A stretch of 64,000 nt of DNA from a virus. The stretch is from the IMG/VR virus record IMGVR_UViG_3300032213_001381, positions 4,938 through 68,937 of that record; one strand, given 5' to 3'. The notes beneath the pieces were generated by a model. That model saw only the letters and a list, made by a program, of their open reading frames with translations, did not search any database and had not been told where the DNA came from. Both the position numbers and the translations under genes were made by a program. Below, piece after piece: positions 51,425 to 61,114 of the stretch; the first letter of the stretch is position 1; every line of letters begins with the position of its first letter.

Positions 51425-52402
51425 TTAAATATTACCTATTGTATTATTTATTTTGTTATTTATTGAAGATGGATCAGGTAATTTTGGTATTTTTACAACT
51501 TTTACACGTTTACCTATTGTTTGTTTAAGTTTAGATTGGGTCTGAATGCCTACTTTCTTTCCCGTATATTTACCAACACTTGAACCCACACTTCCTAAAT
51601 TTGATCCTATAGTATTTGCTATTTTATTTGTAGGTAAATATCCACCAATAGTAGATCCTAATTTAGAACCAACTGATTCTCCCACTTTTGATCCTACATA
51701 ACCACCTACTTTTTCACCTACACTACTGTCTAAGACGGTGTTTATAACATTTCCTACTTTTTCATTTACTACAATTGATTTATCCTCTACTTTTCCAATT
51801 ACGTCTAATGGTTTAGATCCAACATTTCCAATAACTGAAGCGGTTTTATCTGTAACTTTATCTGTTACTTTTCCTGTAAAACGATCTACATTTTTATTTG
51901 TTATATTATTTGCATCAAAATTATAAGGACTATAATCTGGTACGTTTACTAAACCATCTGTTTTTTCTGAAATTGTATCAGAAACCATACCAACTTTTGA
52001 CGTAATTCCACTTGTTACATTTTCTGTTTTATTTAAAATGTTACCTGCAATATCGGTTGTTTTACTTATAACACCACCTGTTACACTATCAACTTTTGAT
52101 GTAACATTACCTACAACACCATAAACTTTAGATGCGGCATTTCCTAAAATACCAGTATCAACACCACTTAAAACATCTTTTGAAAAATTGCCAACTCCTT
52201 GTATTGTTCCGCCAACAAAATTACCAGCCGTATCACCAATTGAAAGTTGTGTTTTTGATGCAAATTTATCTATTGAACCACCCACTTTACTTGAAACATC
52301 AGATTTTAACGCAGTAACAAATTTCAAACCATTAGATCCTTCAGTTGGAGGACCAGGTAAAGCAGGATCAATATCAACAAATGATTTTAATTTATTAATC
52401 AT
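51425..52402 (-). CDS. Low-complexity Gly/Val/Ser/Lys-rich protein downstream of the spike gene
   Basis: 325 aa of amphipathic quasi-repeats with a glycine-zipper-like VG..VG..VG..LG..IG segment. Confidence 0.55.
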   Translation of the reverse strand: MINKLKSFVDIDPALPGPPTEGSNGLKFVTALKSDVSSKVGGSIDKFASKTQLSIGDTAGNFVGGTIQGVGNFSKDVLSGVDTGILGNAASKVYGVVGNVTSKVDSVTGGVISKTTDIAGNILNKTENVTSGITSKVGMVSDTISEKTDGLVNVPDYSPYNFDANNITNKNVDRFTGKVTDKVTDKTASVIGNVGSKPLDVIGKVEDKSIVVNEKVGNVINTVLDSSVGEKVGGYVGSKVGESVGSKLGSTIGGYLPTNKIANTIGSNLGSVGSSVGKYTGKKVGIQTQSKLKQTIGKRVKVVKIPKLPDPSSINNKINNTIGNI

Positions 52403-52404
52403 AA

Positions 52405-54069
52405 TTAACTTTCTTCATATTGTACTTCTACTGGACCTTCCCGTCTTACTTTTCCTTTAAATATACCCGGTAATCCTTGACCTGATACTATATTCACTGA
52501 TATTGGAGCAGTTGCATTTTTGATTCCTTCAGGAGTTACACCATCTACGCCTGGAGCATATCCGCCACCTGTAACAAATACCCGTCTACTCATTAATTTA
52601 TCAAGATTGTCTCTTAAAAACTTCAATTGTTGATCTTGAACTGATTCTTGAGTTTTATTTGGATTTGCATTGCCAGTCTTTGGATGTGTGTGATTATACC
52701 AATGAACGTGATTTAATAACCAATTACATAAATCGTATAACCAATCCACAGTAGTTTGACCCAATAATACTGGTTCATTGGTTTGACCATATTGTCCCAA
52801 ATAAATGGCAGGACTATTAAATACAGTTTTATTGTTTGTAGTCATAACAATTTGATCATGTGCATCAACTGTATATTCACTGTCAGTTACAATTCCATAT
52901 CTTTCTTTTGAAAAATGTAGTGTTTCTCCGAATCTACTGCTTAAAATCAATCTATCTGTATTAATTACAATTTGATCTCCCTTTAAATTTTCTATATCAA
53001 AATTAAAAGCAGTAGAACCAATTGGAGAAAATAATGGTTGTTCTTCTTTTCCCTGTTGAAATATGGATTTATAACATGTTGTTCTCCATTTAGATTTAGT
53101 CAATCCAGAAGTGATATGAATAGAACTGCCATCGTGATTTATATCTTCATCAATTAATCCCCCAGCATTTTTTTGCGAATCTATAATTGCTGGAATAGGT
53201 GGAAGTTTTGAATTATCTGAAATAGGTTTATCCAATGATAATTTTCTTTGTCTATTTCTAATCAACACCATCGGGTTTCCACAACCTTCATTTGATTTAT
53301 TTACAGTAGGATCACCTTTATAATCAGAATAAAAACCTTTATCATTTTCTCTTATATTATCATAAGCACTAAAACGAATTGATTGTCCATGACGACTTTC
53401 AAGTACTGTATCCCCTTCATATCTTCTCAATTTTCTAATTTTAGAATTTGCTAAGAAATAAGCACCAAGTACTCCTTTTACTTGATTATTTGAAATTTTT
53501 TTAAATGAATTTAATGATACTGGACCTTCAACCGATTCTGTTTTCAATCCATCTTCCGATACTAAATCTTTATTTCCATCATTATTACCATAAAATTTTT
53601 CAAGACGAAAATTAGATTCTTGATTAATAAATCCATTTAAATTTAATTTTCTTGTATAGAACAATTTATCTAAATACTTTACAACAATTACAACTTCATT
53701 TAATAGTGGATATTCTACTATACCAGTTGATTCCATCGGAAATGCCCATGATAACTTTTCTTTTTCCAATCCTTGTTGTGAAAAACACAATCTTACTCTA
53801 CACGCACCTATATAACTATAATCTATATCTTTTTGGTTAGGCAATTCATTTTTATAGTTTGCTGGAATATTTCTAATATCCACCAAATGTCTTTTATTTA
53901 CTATTTCAGAATGAGTTTCATCCAAGATTACATCCAATACGATTGCAGGCTCTAATTCATAAAATTCATTCGTGGAATTAGTATTACTTGTTTGATTTCC
54001 AACAGATAATCCAATATTGTTTAATTGTCCAAAACTAATTGGAGAGGATTTAATATTAAAATATGGCAT
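52405..54069 (-). CDS. Baseplate hub / central spike (gp5-like)
   Basis: N-terminal OB-fold-like YPLLNEVV, EGDTVLESRHGQSIRF, GDQIVINTDRLIL, EPVLLG and an HVH..HTH metal-binding tip motif. Confidence 0.7.
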   Translation of the reverse strand: MPYFNIKSSPISFGQLNNIGLSVGNQTSNTNSTNEFYELEPAIVLDVILDETHSEIVNKRHLVDIRNIPANYKNELPNQKDIDYSYIGACRVRLCFSQQGLEKEKLSWAFPMESTGIVEYPLLNEVVIVVKYLDKLFYTRKLNLNGFINQESNFRLEKFYGNNDGNKDLVSEDGLKTESVEGPVSLNSFKKISNNQVKGVLGAYFLANSKIRKLRRYEGDTVLESRHGQSIRFSAYDNIRENDKGFYSDYKGDPTVNKSNEGCGNPMVLIRNRQRKLSLDKPISDNSKLPPIPAIIDSQKNAGGLIDEDINHDGSSIHITSGLTKSKWRTTCYKSIFQQGKEEQPLFSPIGSTAFNFDIENLKGDQIVINTDRLILSSRFGETLHFSKERYGIVTDSEYTVDAHDQIVMTTNNKTVFNSPAIYLGQYGQTNEPVLLGQTTVDWLYDLCNWLLNHVHWYNHTHPKTGNANPNKTQESVQDQQLKFLRDNLDKLMSRRVFVTGGGYAPGVDGVTPEGIKNATAPISVNIVSGQGLPGIFKGKVRREGPVEVQYEES

Positions 54070-54070
54070 A

Positions 54071-54433
54071 TTATTTCTTAATTTCTATTGGAGTATTCAT
54101 TGTTTCGGTGATTTTCCCAACTTCAGCCATTAACTGTTGTCTTTCTTCTTCTGATAATCCACCTACTTCTTCAGCACCTTTATTATCATTGCTCACTAAT
54201 CTTTGTACTATTGCTGCTAATTTCACTAATTGTTCATCGTTCCTTACACTTACATCCAAGTAATCTTTAATGAGAGGAACGATGACAATAGCATCATTTG
54301 GTGTTTTAATCATACTTCTTAAATCAGATACTAAGATATCAATTTGATCTTTTTTCTGTTCAGAATTGATTACAACATCTTTAAGTAAGTTTGAATATTT
54401 CTTACCTTTATATAATTCAAAATCTAAATCCAT
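54071..54433 (-). CDS. Small helical protein (possible small terminase)
   Basis: IVPLIKDYLDVSVRNDEQLVKLA, LSEEERQQL; TerS function is a guess. Confidence 0.45.
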   Translation of the reverse strand: MDLDFELYKGKKYSNLLKDVVINSEQKKDQIDILVSDLRSMIKTPNDAIVIVPLIKDYLDVSVRNDEQLVKLAAIVQRLVSNDNKGAEEVGGLSEEERQQLMAEVGKITETMNTPIEIKK

Positions 54434-54469
54434 ACCTATAAATAGATATGGATTTGAATAATTACACTA

Positions 54470-55390
54470 TCAATTTAATTTACCTCTATCTAAATAAGAT
54501 TGAGCAATTACTCTTTGATAACTTTTCATTTTATTTATCACTTTAGTAATTTGTTGCGTCTTACATGATGAAATTTCTCTAATATAGAGATATAATGCTT
54601 TTTTATTAAATGCGTCAATTCTATCGCAGTTTCTAAATAATTCTATTACAGCATTAGCAATATTTAAATCTCTTTGTTTAGTAAAAATACGACCAACATT
54701 TCTTTCCCAATAATCAACCATCAATTTAAGAAATTCATTGGTTTCTACATCTTTATGATGTGGATCAACGGTTTGCAAACATACTGAAGATTCACTCGGA
54801 GTATCAGCAATGTTTACGTGTTGATTGTATTTTTTATAATTGCCATTGTTATGGAAAATAAGATAATTTTTGGCAACAATACTAAAATAACTAAATGCTT
54901 TACCTTTACCTTCTTCAAATTTATTCATATTAGAAACCAAATGAGCTACTGTTTCTTTTTGAATTTCAATAGGACTATTATCAAAATATGTAAATTTGAA
55001 TGTGTTAAATACATTTTCTACCAACTTTTCAAATGCATTTTTAATATGAGTTTCGTAAATATCATTTCTGATATTTTGATCTTCTTCTTTATTGTATTTA
55101 ATAATATACATTTCTGTATCCTTAGTGAAATACATCTTTTCTGTAGATTTCTTTTTAGGAGATTCAGGTTCTACATAAGGTTCTTCAATGATAATTTTAG
55201 GAGTTGGTTTCCTAATATTTTTTTCCTTTTTAATAGGAATAACTTTCTTTTCTTTCTTAACTTTGTTTATAACCATTTTCTTTTTTTGTTTTGTTGATTT
55301 TACCGAGACTTTTTTATTAAGATTTTTTAAAACTTTTTTCTTAACATCTCTTTTTTTTAAAACCTTCATTTTTTTCTTGGATTTTTTCAT
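54470..55390 (-). CDS. Late-transcription sigma factor (T4 gp55-like) with a Lys-rich N-terminal extension
   Basis: MYFT, KLVEN, FTYF and KF...KGKAFSYFSIVAKNYL, matching the gp55 region-2 AF.YF pattern. Confidence 0.7.
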   Translation of the reverse strand: MKKSKKKMKVLKKRDVKKKVLKNLNKKVSVKSTKQKKKMVINKVKKEKKVIPIKKEKNIRKPTPKIIIEEPYVEPESPKKKSTEKMYFTKDTEMYIIKYNKEEDQNIRNDIYETHIKNAFEKLVENVFNTFKFTYFDNSPIEIQKETVAHLVSNMNKFEEGKGKAFSYFSIVAKNYLIFHNNGNYKKYNQHVNIADTPSESSVCLQTVDPHHKDVETNEFLKLMVDYWERNVGRIFTKQRDLNIANAVIELFRNCDRIDAFNKKALYLYIREISSCKTQQITKVINKMKSYQRVIAQSYLDRGKLN

Positions 55391-55653
55391 TTAGATTTTT
55401 CTTTGATTAATTCAATCAGCCTAACTATCTCTGAAAAAACAAAACCAACATCATCGTCTTTTTCAAAAATTTGTTTTTCATCAATTTCTTTTAATTTACG
55501 ATATGTGTTCTCTACCAAATTTTGATATTGATCACTCCATTGTTGCATTGTTTCTATTACATCCAATAAATCATTCATTTTAATGAAAAAATAAATGTTT
55601 GCGCATATTGAAACCGTCAATACTACTGTGAGTATTATTATTAGTGTTAACAT
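55387..55653 (-). CDS. Small single-pass membrane protein
   Basis: Hydrophobic N-terminal helix, then FEKDDDVGFVF. Confidence 0.65.
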   Translation of the reverse strand: MLTLIIILTVVLTVSICANIYFFIKMNDLLDVIETMQQWSDQYQNLVENTYRKLKEIDEKQIFEKDDDVGFVFSEIVRLIELIKEKSK

Positions 55654-55656
55654 AAA

Positions 55657-55794
55657 TCAATCATATTCTGAACCGTCTTCATTATCAAGATATTCTTCCA
55701 TAAATGATATTGCTTCATTCACTAAATCCCAATCTTGGTTCTTTTCTGCTTCTTTGAGAATATCCAATACTTCTTTTATATCAAATTCATCCAT
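55657..55794 (-). CDS. 45-aa acidic protein, missing from the ORF track
   Basis: MDEFDIKEVLDILKEAEKNQDWDLVNEAISFMEEYLDNEDGSEYD; ATG at 55792-55794, TGA at 55657-55659, 3 nt before the next start. Confidence 0.65.
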   Translation of the reverse strand: MDEFDIKEVLDILKEAEKNQDWDLVNEAISFMEEYLDNEDGSEYD

Positions 55795-55878
55795 AATATT
55801 TTAATAGTAAACTGATAATTAAATATATCGTAAAAATTTCTAAAATCAAATAATTATTACTAATCTAGTAATTTTAAT

Positions 55879-56940
55879 TTAAAAACTAAAATGATTAGGT
55901 TTATAACTGTTATCTACCATCACTTCTTTTATTACTTCTTTTTCTATAGGTACTTCTTTTATTACTTCTTTTTCTATAGGTACTTCTTTTATAACTTCCT
56001 TTTCTATATGAACAGGAACTTCTCTAATAATTTCTTTTATTAATTGTCCGTCTTTAACTTCTTGTGTGGCTTCTTCTTTTGCCTGTTCAACAATTTCTTC
56101 TAAAGTTGGTTCTTTACTCGGATTTTCTTCTACTTTAACTGTAGGTTTCACATAGATTGCATCACCCAACGTGGTATTATAAGCTAATAATAAACAAATT
56201 GCAAGTGGATCAAATACTGATATAAGACAAATAATAAACCACTTTACTACTTTATTTATATCTACACCAAATTCATCTGCTACAAATTTAAATGTCTGTA
56301 AATCTTTCTGTCCACCACTTTTTATCTTAATATCTGATATTTGTTTGTCTAATTTTTGTATTTCATCAACAGTTGACTGAATCTTATTATTTTCAGTATC
56401 TATGTCCTTTTCACTTTTATCAATAAACTCTTTTGTTGATTGTTGTATCTGTGCTAGTTGAATTGGATTACGACTGATGATTACATTGGTCATACTTTCA
56501 TTCAATCGTTCTTCTTGACTAACTCTTAATTTACTAATGTTTTCAATTCTTTTCTTTGCATCACTTATTTTATCACTATACATCTTCTTTTGATCTTGTA
56601 TATAAAGAATTTTTTCTTCACTCAATTTGTTTTCAATCGCAGATTGTTGATATGCAGATGTTAAATAACCAAAAATACCTAAAGATGTAATAAACATCAA
56701 TGCAACAACTGCTAAAATAAGATAAGTCTTTAATAATAATTGTGATCTTTTCCAGTATCTATATAAAAACGTAGTAGCAACCAATTTACCAATTTCAAGT
56801 GAACTAGCCATAATCATAGATGCGATTGCCGATCCACTGAATAACATACCAATACCAATAATACTAAAAAAAGCAGCACAACTCGCTATAAATAACGATG
56901 ATAATCCTACTATTCTTTCAAAGGTAAATGGTGTTTTCAT
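55879..56940 (-). CDS. Membrane protein with a coiled coil and C-terminal EKEVIKEVP repeats
   Basis: Three N-terminal hydrophobic helices (SLEIGKLV, TSLGIFGYL), coiled coil, further helix VFDPLAI. Confidence 0.7.
   Translation of the reverse strand: MKTPFTFERIVGLSSLFIASCAAFFSIIGIGMLFSGSAIASMIMASSLEIGKLVATTFLYRYWKRSQLLLKTYLILAVVALMFITSLGIFGYLTSAYQQSAIENKLSEEKILYIQDQKKMYSDKISDAKKRIENISKLRVSQEERLNESMTNVIISRNPIQLAQIQQSTKEFIDKSEKDIDTENNKIQSTVDEIQKLDKQISDIKIKSGGQKDLQTFKFVADEFGVDINKVVKWFIICLISVFDPLAICLLLAYNTTLGDAIYVKPTVKVEENPSKEPTLEEIVEQAKEEATQEVKDGQLIKEIIREVPVHIEKEVIKEVPIEKEVIKEVPIEKEVIKEVMVDNSYKPNHFSF
55922..56010 (-). repeat. 30-bp tandem repeat (about 3 copies) encoding IEKEVIKEVP
   Basis: ACTTCTTTTATTACTTCTTTTTCTATAGGT twice exactly plus a third diverged copy. 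Confidence 0.9.
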
Positions 56941-56962
56941 ACAGTATATATAGTCAGAAAAG

Positions 56963-56996
56963 AAAAAACCCTCTACTGTTTATAACAATAGAGGGT
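56963..56996 (-). terminator. Intrinsic terminator after Hsp20
   Basis: ACCCTCTA..GTT/AAC..TAGAGGGT stem and a T-run on the minus strand. Confidence 0.75.
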
Positions 56997-57017
56997 ATAT
57001 AATAAATATATAACCTA

Positions 57018-57500
57018 TTATTTAATCGTAACTTTTCTTATTTCAGGTGTCGCAGGCTTTACTTTATTGAGAGTAATTAATAGAATACCGTTTTCAAACG
57101 TGGCTGATACAGTATCTTTTTCTATGTTATCTCCCAAAGTAAATGATCTACGAAAACTAGATCGTTTTAATTCTCTTCTGATGTATTTTCCACCTTGAGA
57201 ATCTGTAACATTTTTACTTTTACCACCGCTGACAGTGAGTACATTCTGTTCCACTTCAACATTTACATCTTGTTTACTTAAACCTGGAACTTCAGCTTCT
57301 ATAACAACTTTATCACTGTAATCAATAACATCTACTCTTGGATACGATCCTTTTTCAAAAAAGTCTGCACCAAAGTCTTGACTAAAATTGGGAGCATTTG
57401 CTTTGAAGAATTCATCAAAAATTTGATCAAATGGTGTTAAAAACTCATCACGATGAACTGCACGAAATAACGGATTTGTTTGATATTTTACTACTGACAT
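57018..57500 (-). CDS. hsp20: Small heat-shock protein (Hsp20 / alpha-crystallin); start at 57500 preferred
   Basis: YPRVDV, EAEVPGL, FRRSFTL and ATFENGILLITL; SD AAAGGA precedes the ATG at 57500. Confidence 0.93.
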   Translation of the reverse strand: MSVVKYQTNPLFRAVHRDEFLTPFDQIFDEFFKANAPNFSQDFGADFFEKGSYPRVDVIDYSDKVVIEAEVPGLSKQDVNVEVEQNVLTVSGGKSKNVTDSQGGKYIRRELKRSSFRRSFTLGDNIEKDTVSATFENGILLITLNKVKPATPEIRKVTIK

Positions 57501-57631
57501 ATATATTTTTCCTTTCTTAAATGGTCTATTTAGACCCATTTTCATGTACTCTTTTTGGGACATACACGGATAACTGTTTTAGTCATCTAAATTATATATA
57601 TCATTTAATTGAGAAAAAATTCAAATTTTTC

Positions 57632-58765
57632 TTATGCCAAACTTGCAGATCGTAATGTACCATTTGCACTTCTAGCAAATAAAAACATTATACTATTATC
57701 TTCTATTACTGCAAAACTTCCAGATTTAAGAGAACTTGTATATGCAAAATTTGAACTACTAATTACATTATATCCAGTAGAATATACTTGTCCACTACTA
57801 CTTACACAGAATGTAGTATTTAAGGTTGAACCACTTCCGTAAGTTACTTCAATTGCTTTTCTAATATGATATGTCTGTGGATTTGACACACTGCTTCCAC
57901 TATAAACTTGTATTTTTAATCTAGTATCTGTATTTGGATTGCCAGTATCTACACCAATATTAAATGTACCATCTCTTGATAACGACTGTGCGCCTGGTTG
58001 TGGCCAATAATATAATCCATTAGATCTTGTGGACAATACATAAGTTATTGGTGTTGATTCATCAGTTACTTGTTTAGATATAAACTGTGAAGATGCACTA
58101 ACAGTAGTTAAATCTAATCTTCCTCTAATATCATATGGAACTCCCGGAGCAGCATTTGCATCATCTGCACTTACTATCATCATCCAACCATCTTGTGATG
58201 ATGATTGAGCGCTTTGTAACATTAAAGCACTATTATATTCCGCTCTTACTGCTACATATCCCCCACCAGAACCTGTAACAAATAATGCGGGAGCATTTTT
58301 TATAACTTTTAAATCTCTTGTAGATGTAAAATAACCTGTTTCGGAATAAAAATCAGATGTTGATCCTAAAGTTTTATTACCTGTCCATATAGGAATATAA
58401 TTTGTAGTACCTACACCAGATAAATCTGCTGCATTTGAATTTAATGCATAACTTGCAGTCAATGCGTTTGAAGAACTTAATGCATAACTACTACTTATTG
58501 AAAAAGCTCCACTAATTGAACTATTTGAACTTAAAGAATTAATTGCCCAACTACTTGTTCCTACAAATTGAGGAGAGACGCCTGTACCAGTAATTCTACC
58601 AGTTAATGATCCAGTAAAACTACCAGTAGAAAATAGATTTTGTAATTGTGATAAACTAGCTCTATAAGTCTTTATAGAACTACTTTGATCAATTGGAAAA
58701 AAATCACTGCCAGTTAAACTGGTAATAGGATCTAATTGACTGATTTTTATACTTGTTGTTGGCAT
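57632..58765 (-). CDS. Tail fibre-like virion protein
   Basis: IKISQL N-terminus, GSFTGSLTG, GTSSWA and SYAL repeats, GTTNYIPIW. Confidence 0.6.
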   Translation of the reverse strand: MPTTSIKISQLDPITSLTGSDFFPIDQSSSIKTYRASLSQLQNLFSTGSFTGSLTGRITGTGVSPQFVGTSSWAINSLSSNSSISGAFSISSSYALSSSNALTASYALNSNAADLSGVGTTNYIPIWTGNKTLGSTSDFYSETGYFTSTRDLKVIKNAPALFVTGSGGGYVAVRAEYNSALMLQSAQSSSQDGWMMIVSADDANAAPGVPYDIRGRLDLTTVSASSQFISKQVTDESTPITYVLSTRSNGLYYWPQPGAQSLSRDGTFNIGVDTGNPNTDTRLKIQVYSGSSVSNPQTYHIRKAIEVTYGSGSTLNTTFCVSSSGQVYSTGYNVISSSNFAYTSSLKSGSFAVIEDNSIMFLFARSANGTLRSASLA

Positions 58766-58766
58766 A

Positions 58767-59903
58767 TTAAATGTTAAATTCTAAAATTGTCATTGATGAT
58801 GTTGCCCAATATAAAGTGGGATAACCAGACGATTGATTAGTATACCATGTGGCAGTAGCTTCACTTCCTTTTACTTTTACAACATACGTTCTAGCAGATA
58901 AACTGCCCGCAACATCTAAATAAGTTGTAGTTTGTGGAGATGCATCAAATTTTGTCAAATTAACACTTGCAAATTGTTCAAGTAACGGTGTAGAATCTTT
59001 AAATAAACCTGCAATTGCATTACCAGTTGCATCTCCATTCGCTAAAACAATTGATGTATTTATCAATAATTTAGAATTTACAGATTTTGGTGTAATGGTA
59101 ATTGATAGTCCAGTATCAACCCAAGAAGTTCCTGTTCCAGATTGTTTAGTGTTATATTGTATTGAATTGGCAGAAAGAACCGCTCCAGTTCCTGCAAAAT
59201 AACTAGCAGTTTCTGCTGTTTGACTTTTAGATGAAAAACTACTAGATATTGAATTATTAGCATTATCACTTCTAGTTGAATAACTAGCAGTTCCTAAATA
59301 TCCAACTGCATTTAATACACTAGATGTAAATGTTGTAGAATTAATGCCTCCTATTACAGTAAATCTATCATTATTAGTTGTATCCCACGAAAGATTTGAA
59401 TTACCTCCAAATTGACTTCCAGGAACATTAAATTGAACTGATCCAACTGGACCACCAGGAGATGTTGTAGTACTTGTTAAATTTACAGTAATTGTATTTT
59501 CTGTTAAGTTTTCACTTAAAGAACAATTTGTTCCCGCAACTATATTTTTAAATTGTAAATCTACACCTGATTTTTGTTTAAAAAATCCAACACCAGATGT
59601 TCCAACATTACTTGCAGTATTTGATTCTCCAGAACTATTCGCTGCATAAGCTGCAGTTAAAGCATTAATTGCCCAACTACTAGTACCATTTAAATCACCT
59701 TTAAAACTGCCAGTAAAAGTACCATTGTAATTACCATTATAAATAGATGCGGACTTTGCACTTATAACATAGTCCGCAAGATCTATTGATGTAATCTTTT
59801 TAGTTTCTTGAGCAGCAATATCTGTAATAAACAACAAGTCATCTGATTGAACTTGTGTATCAGTATAAGGAGCTAAATCAGTAATTTTCTTACTATTGGA
59901 CAT
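58767..59903 (-). CDS. Tail fibre-like virion protein
   Basis: KKITDL N-terminus, NTASNVG..G.G.FKQK.G.DLQFK, PGG..GSVQFN and C-terminal GLSITITPKS..SKLLI...SSMTILE. Confidence 0.6.
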   Translation of the reverse strand: MSNSKKITDLAPYTDTQVQSDDLLFITDIAAQETKKITSIDLADYVISAKSASIYNGNYNGTFTGSFKGDLNGTSSWAINALTAAYAANSSGESNTASNVGTSGVGFFKQKSGVDLQFKNIVAGTNCSLSENLTENTITVNLTSTTTSPGGPVGSVQFNVPGSQFGGNSNLSWDTTNNDRFTVIGGINSTTFTSSVLNAVGYLGTASYSTRSDNANNSISSSFSSKSQTAETASYFAGTGAVLSANSIQYNTKQSGTGTSWVDTGLSITITPKSVNSKLLINTSIVLANGDATGNAIAGLFKDSTPLLEQFASVNLTKFDASPQTTTYLDVAGSLSARTYVVKVKGSEATATWYTNQSSGYPTLYWATSSMTILEFNI

Positions 59904-59925
59904 ATATCTTTAATAGATATATATA

Positions 59926-60702
59926 TCATTGTGGTTTGACATTTTTTAATTTTTTAACAATATATTTTACTAAAGTACTTCTAACAATGTCTTCTTCAGT
60001 AAATTTAAATGTATAAATACCATTTTCTTTACTTTCATCATCGTCAAAAGCATTCATTATCTTAGTAAAACCACTTTTACCATTAATATCGCTTTGATCT
60101 GGATCTCCTAATATAAATACTTTACTGAATTCACCTACTCTTGTAATCAATGTTGTTATTTCTTTTACAGTCATGTTTTGTGCTTCATCCGCAACAATAC
60201 ATTTAGCATTCCAGTTTAATCCTCTCAAAAATCCAAGGGGAATACTATCCAAACGATCTTCTTTTTGTAGACTGTCAATGTCTCGTTTTGGTAACAATTC
60301 TGCCAATTTTTCTAGTAAAGGTTGAATATACGGAGCCATTTTTTCATCAGCTTCACCTGGCAAAAATCCAATTTTACTGTCAGCACTTTCTACCGCACTT
60401 CTAATATAAAGTAAATCACTTACTTTCTTTTGATTTAATAATTTTAAAGCACTATAAATTGAAATATATGTTTTACTTGAACCTGCAGGACCACTTACAA
60501 AAATTAATTTTGTGTCTTTATTTAATGCAATATTTAAAAATTCTTTTTGTTTTTCTGTTAATTCTCTTTCAAATATAGATAACTCATACTTTAATTTTGT
60601 TCTTTGATATACGACTGGACTTGTATCATGTTTATGTTCGACGCTGGTTTCGTTGTTGTTGTTATCATTTTTTGACTTTTGAAGTTTTTTGCTTTTTTTC
60701 AT
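59926..60702 (-). CDS. phoH: PhoH-family ATPase
   Basis: GPAGSSKT, IGFLPG, FLRG, DEAQN, TRVGE.SK, GDPDQSD and DIVRS. Confidence 0.93.
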   Translation of the reverse strand: MKKSKKLQKSKNDNNNNETSVEHKHDTSPVVYQRTKLKYELSIFERELTEKQKEFLNIALNKDTKLIFVSGPAGSSKTYISIYSALKLLNQKKVSDLLYIRSAVESADSKIGFLPGEADEKMAPYIQPLLEKLAELLPKRDIDSLQKEDRLDSIPLGFLRGLNWNAKCIVADEAQNMTVKEITTLITRVGEFSKVFILGDPDQSDINGKSGFTKIMNAFDDDESKENGIYTFKFTEEDIVRSTLVKYIVKKLKNVKPQ

Positions 60703-61021
60703 GCGTTAATTTATTTAAAGCTGAGTTTAACTTTTGTTCGACATTTTTAACTCTGATACATAACTCATAATGTTCCTTCTCAATATAATATTGATATACA
60801 TTTTCTAGATTTTCTTTGAATTGATCTTTTGGTAATGTAACTACAAAATCAGAATTATTAAAACTAAATAATTCAACAAAACTTAATTTCTTGTCTATTG
60901 CATATTCAATTGACGAAACAACATGTTCCATCATTTGAATTTTATTGTGTTCAATGAACTTATTCATTTCATTGAAATTTGAAGGTAACGAGTATAATTT
61001 ATGTTTGGATGCTTTTGGCAT
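60665..61021 (-). CDS. Hypothetical protein
   Basis: 118 aa with an E.YE.C UVR-like C-terminal helix; ATATTTATA motif upstream. Confidence 0.6.
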   Translation of the reverse strand: MPKASKHKLYSLPSNFNEMNKFIEHNKIQMMEHVVSSIEYAIDKKLSFVELFSFNNSDFVVTLPKDQFKENLENVYQYYIEKEHYELCIRVKNVEQKLNSALNKLTHEKKQKTSKVKK

Positions 61022-61058
61022 ACCAATATAAATATCAAAAACATTGTTACAAAAAACA

Positions 61059-61090
61059 AAAAACGCTATTAAAGTTATTTTAATAGCGTT
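61059..61090 (-). terminator. Intrinsic terminator
   Basis: AACGCTATTA/TAATAGCGTT stem with a long T-run on the minus strand. Confidence 0.75.
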
Positions 61091-61114
61091 ACATCAATTT
61101 ACTATTTTATTAAA

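Noticed and set aside
55922-56010. CRISPR array
   Set aside because: The 30-bp units are head-to-tail with no spacers and lie in frame within a CDS.
57501-57563. CIRCE operator or RNA thermometer upstream of hsp20
   Set aside because: There is a small hairpin (GGTCTA-AA-TAGACC) but no TTAGCACTC-N9-GAGTGCTAA match, and the hairpin does not cover the SD.
60470-60495. PhoH P-loop GPAGSSKT as a sign of inactivation
   Set aside because: The Lys-Thr pair and all other PhoH motifs are intact, so a single Gly-to-Ser change is not enough to claim loss of function.
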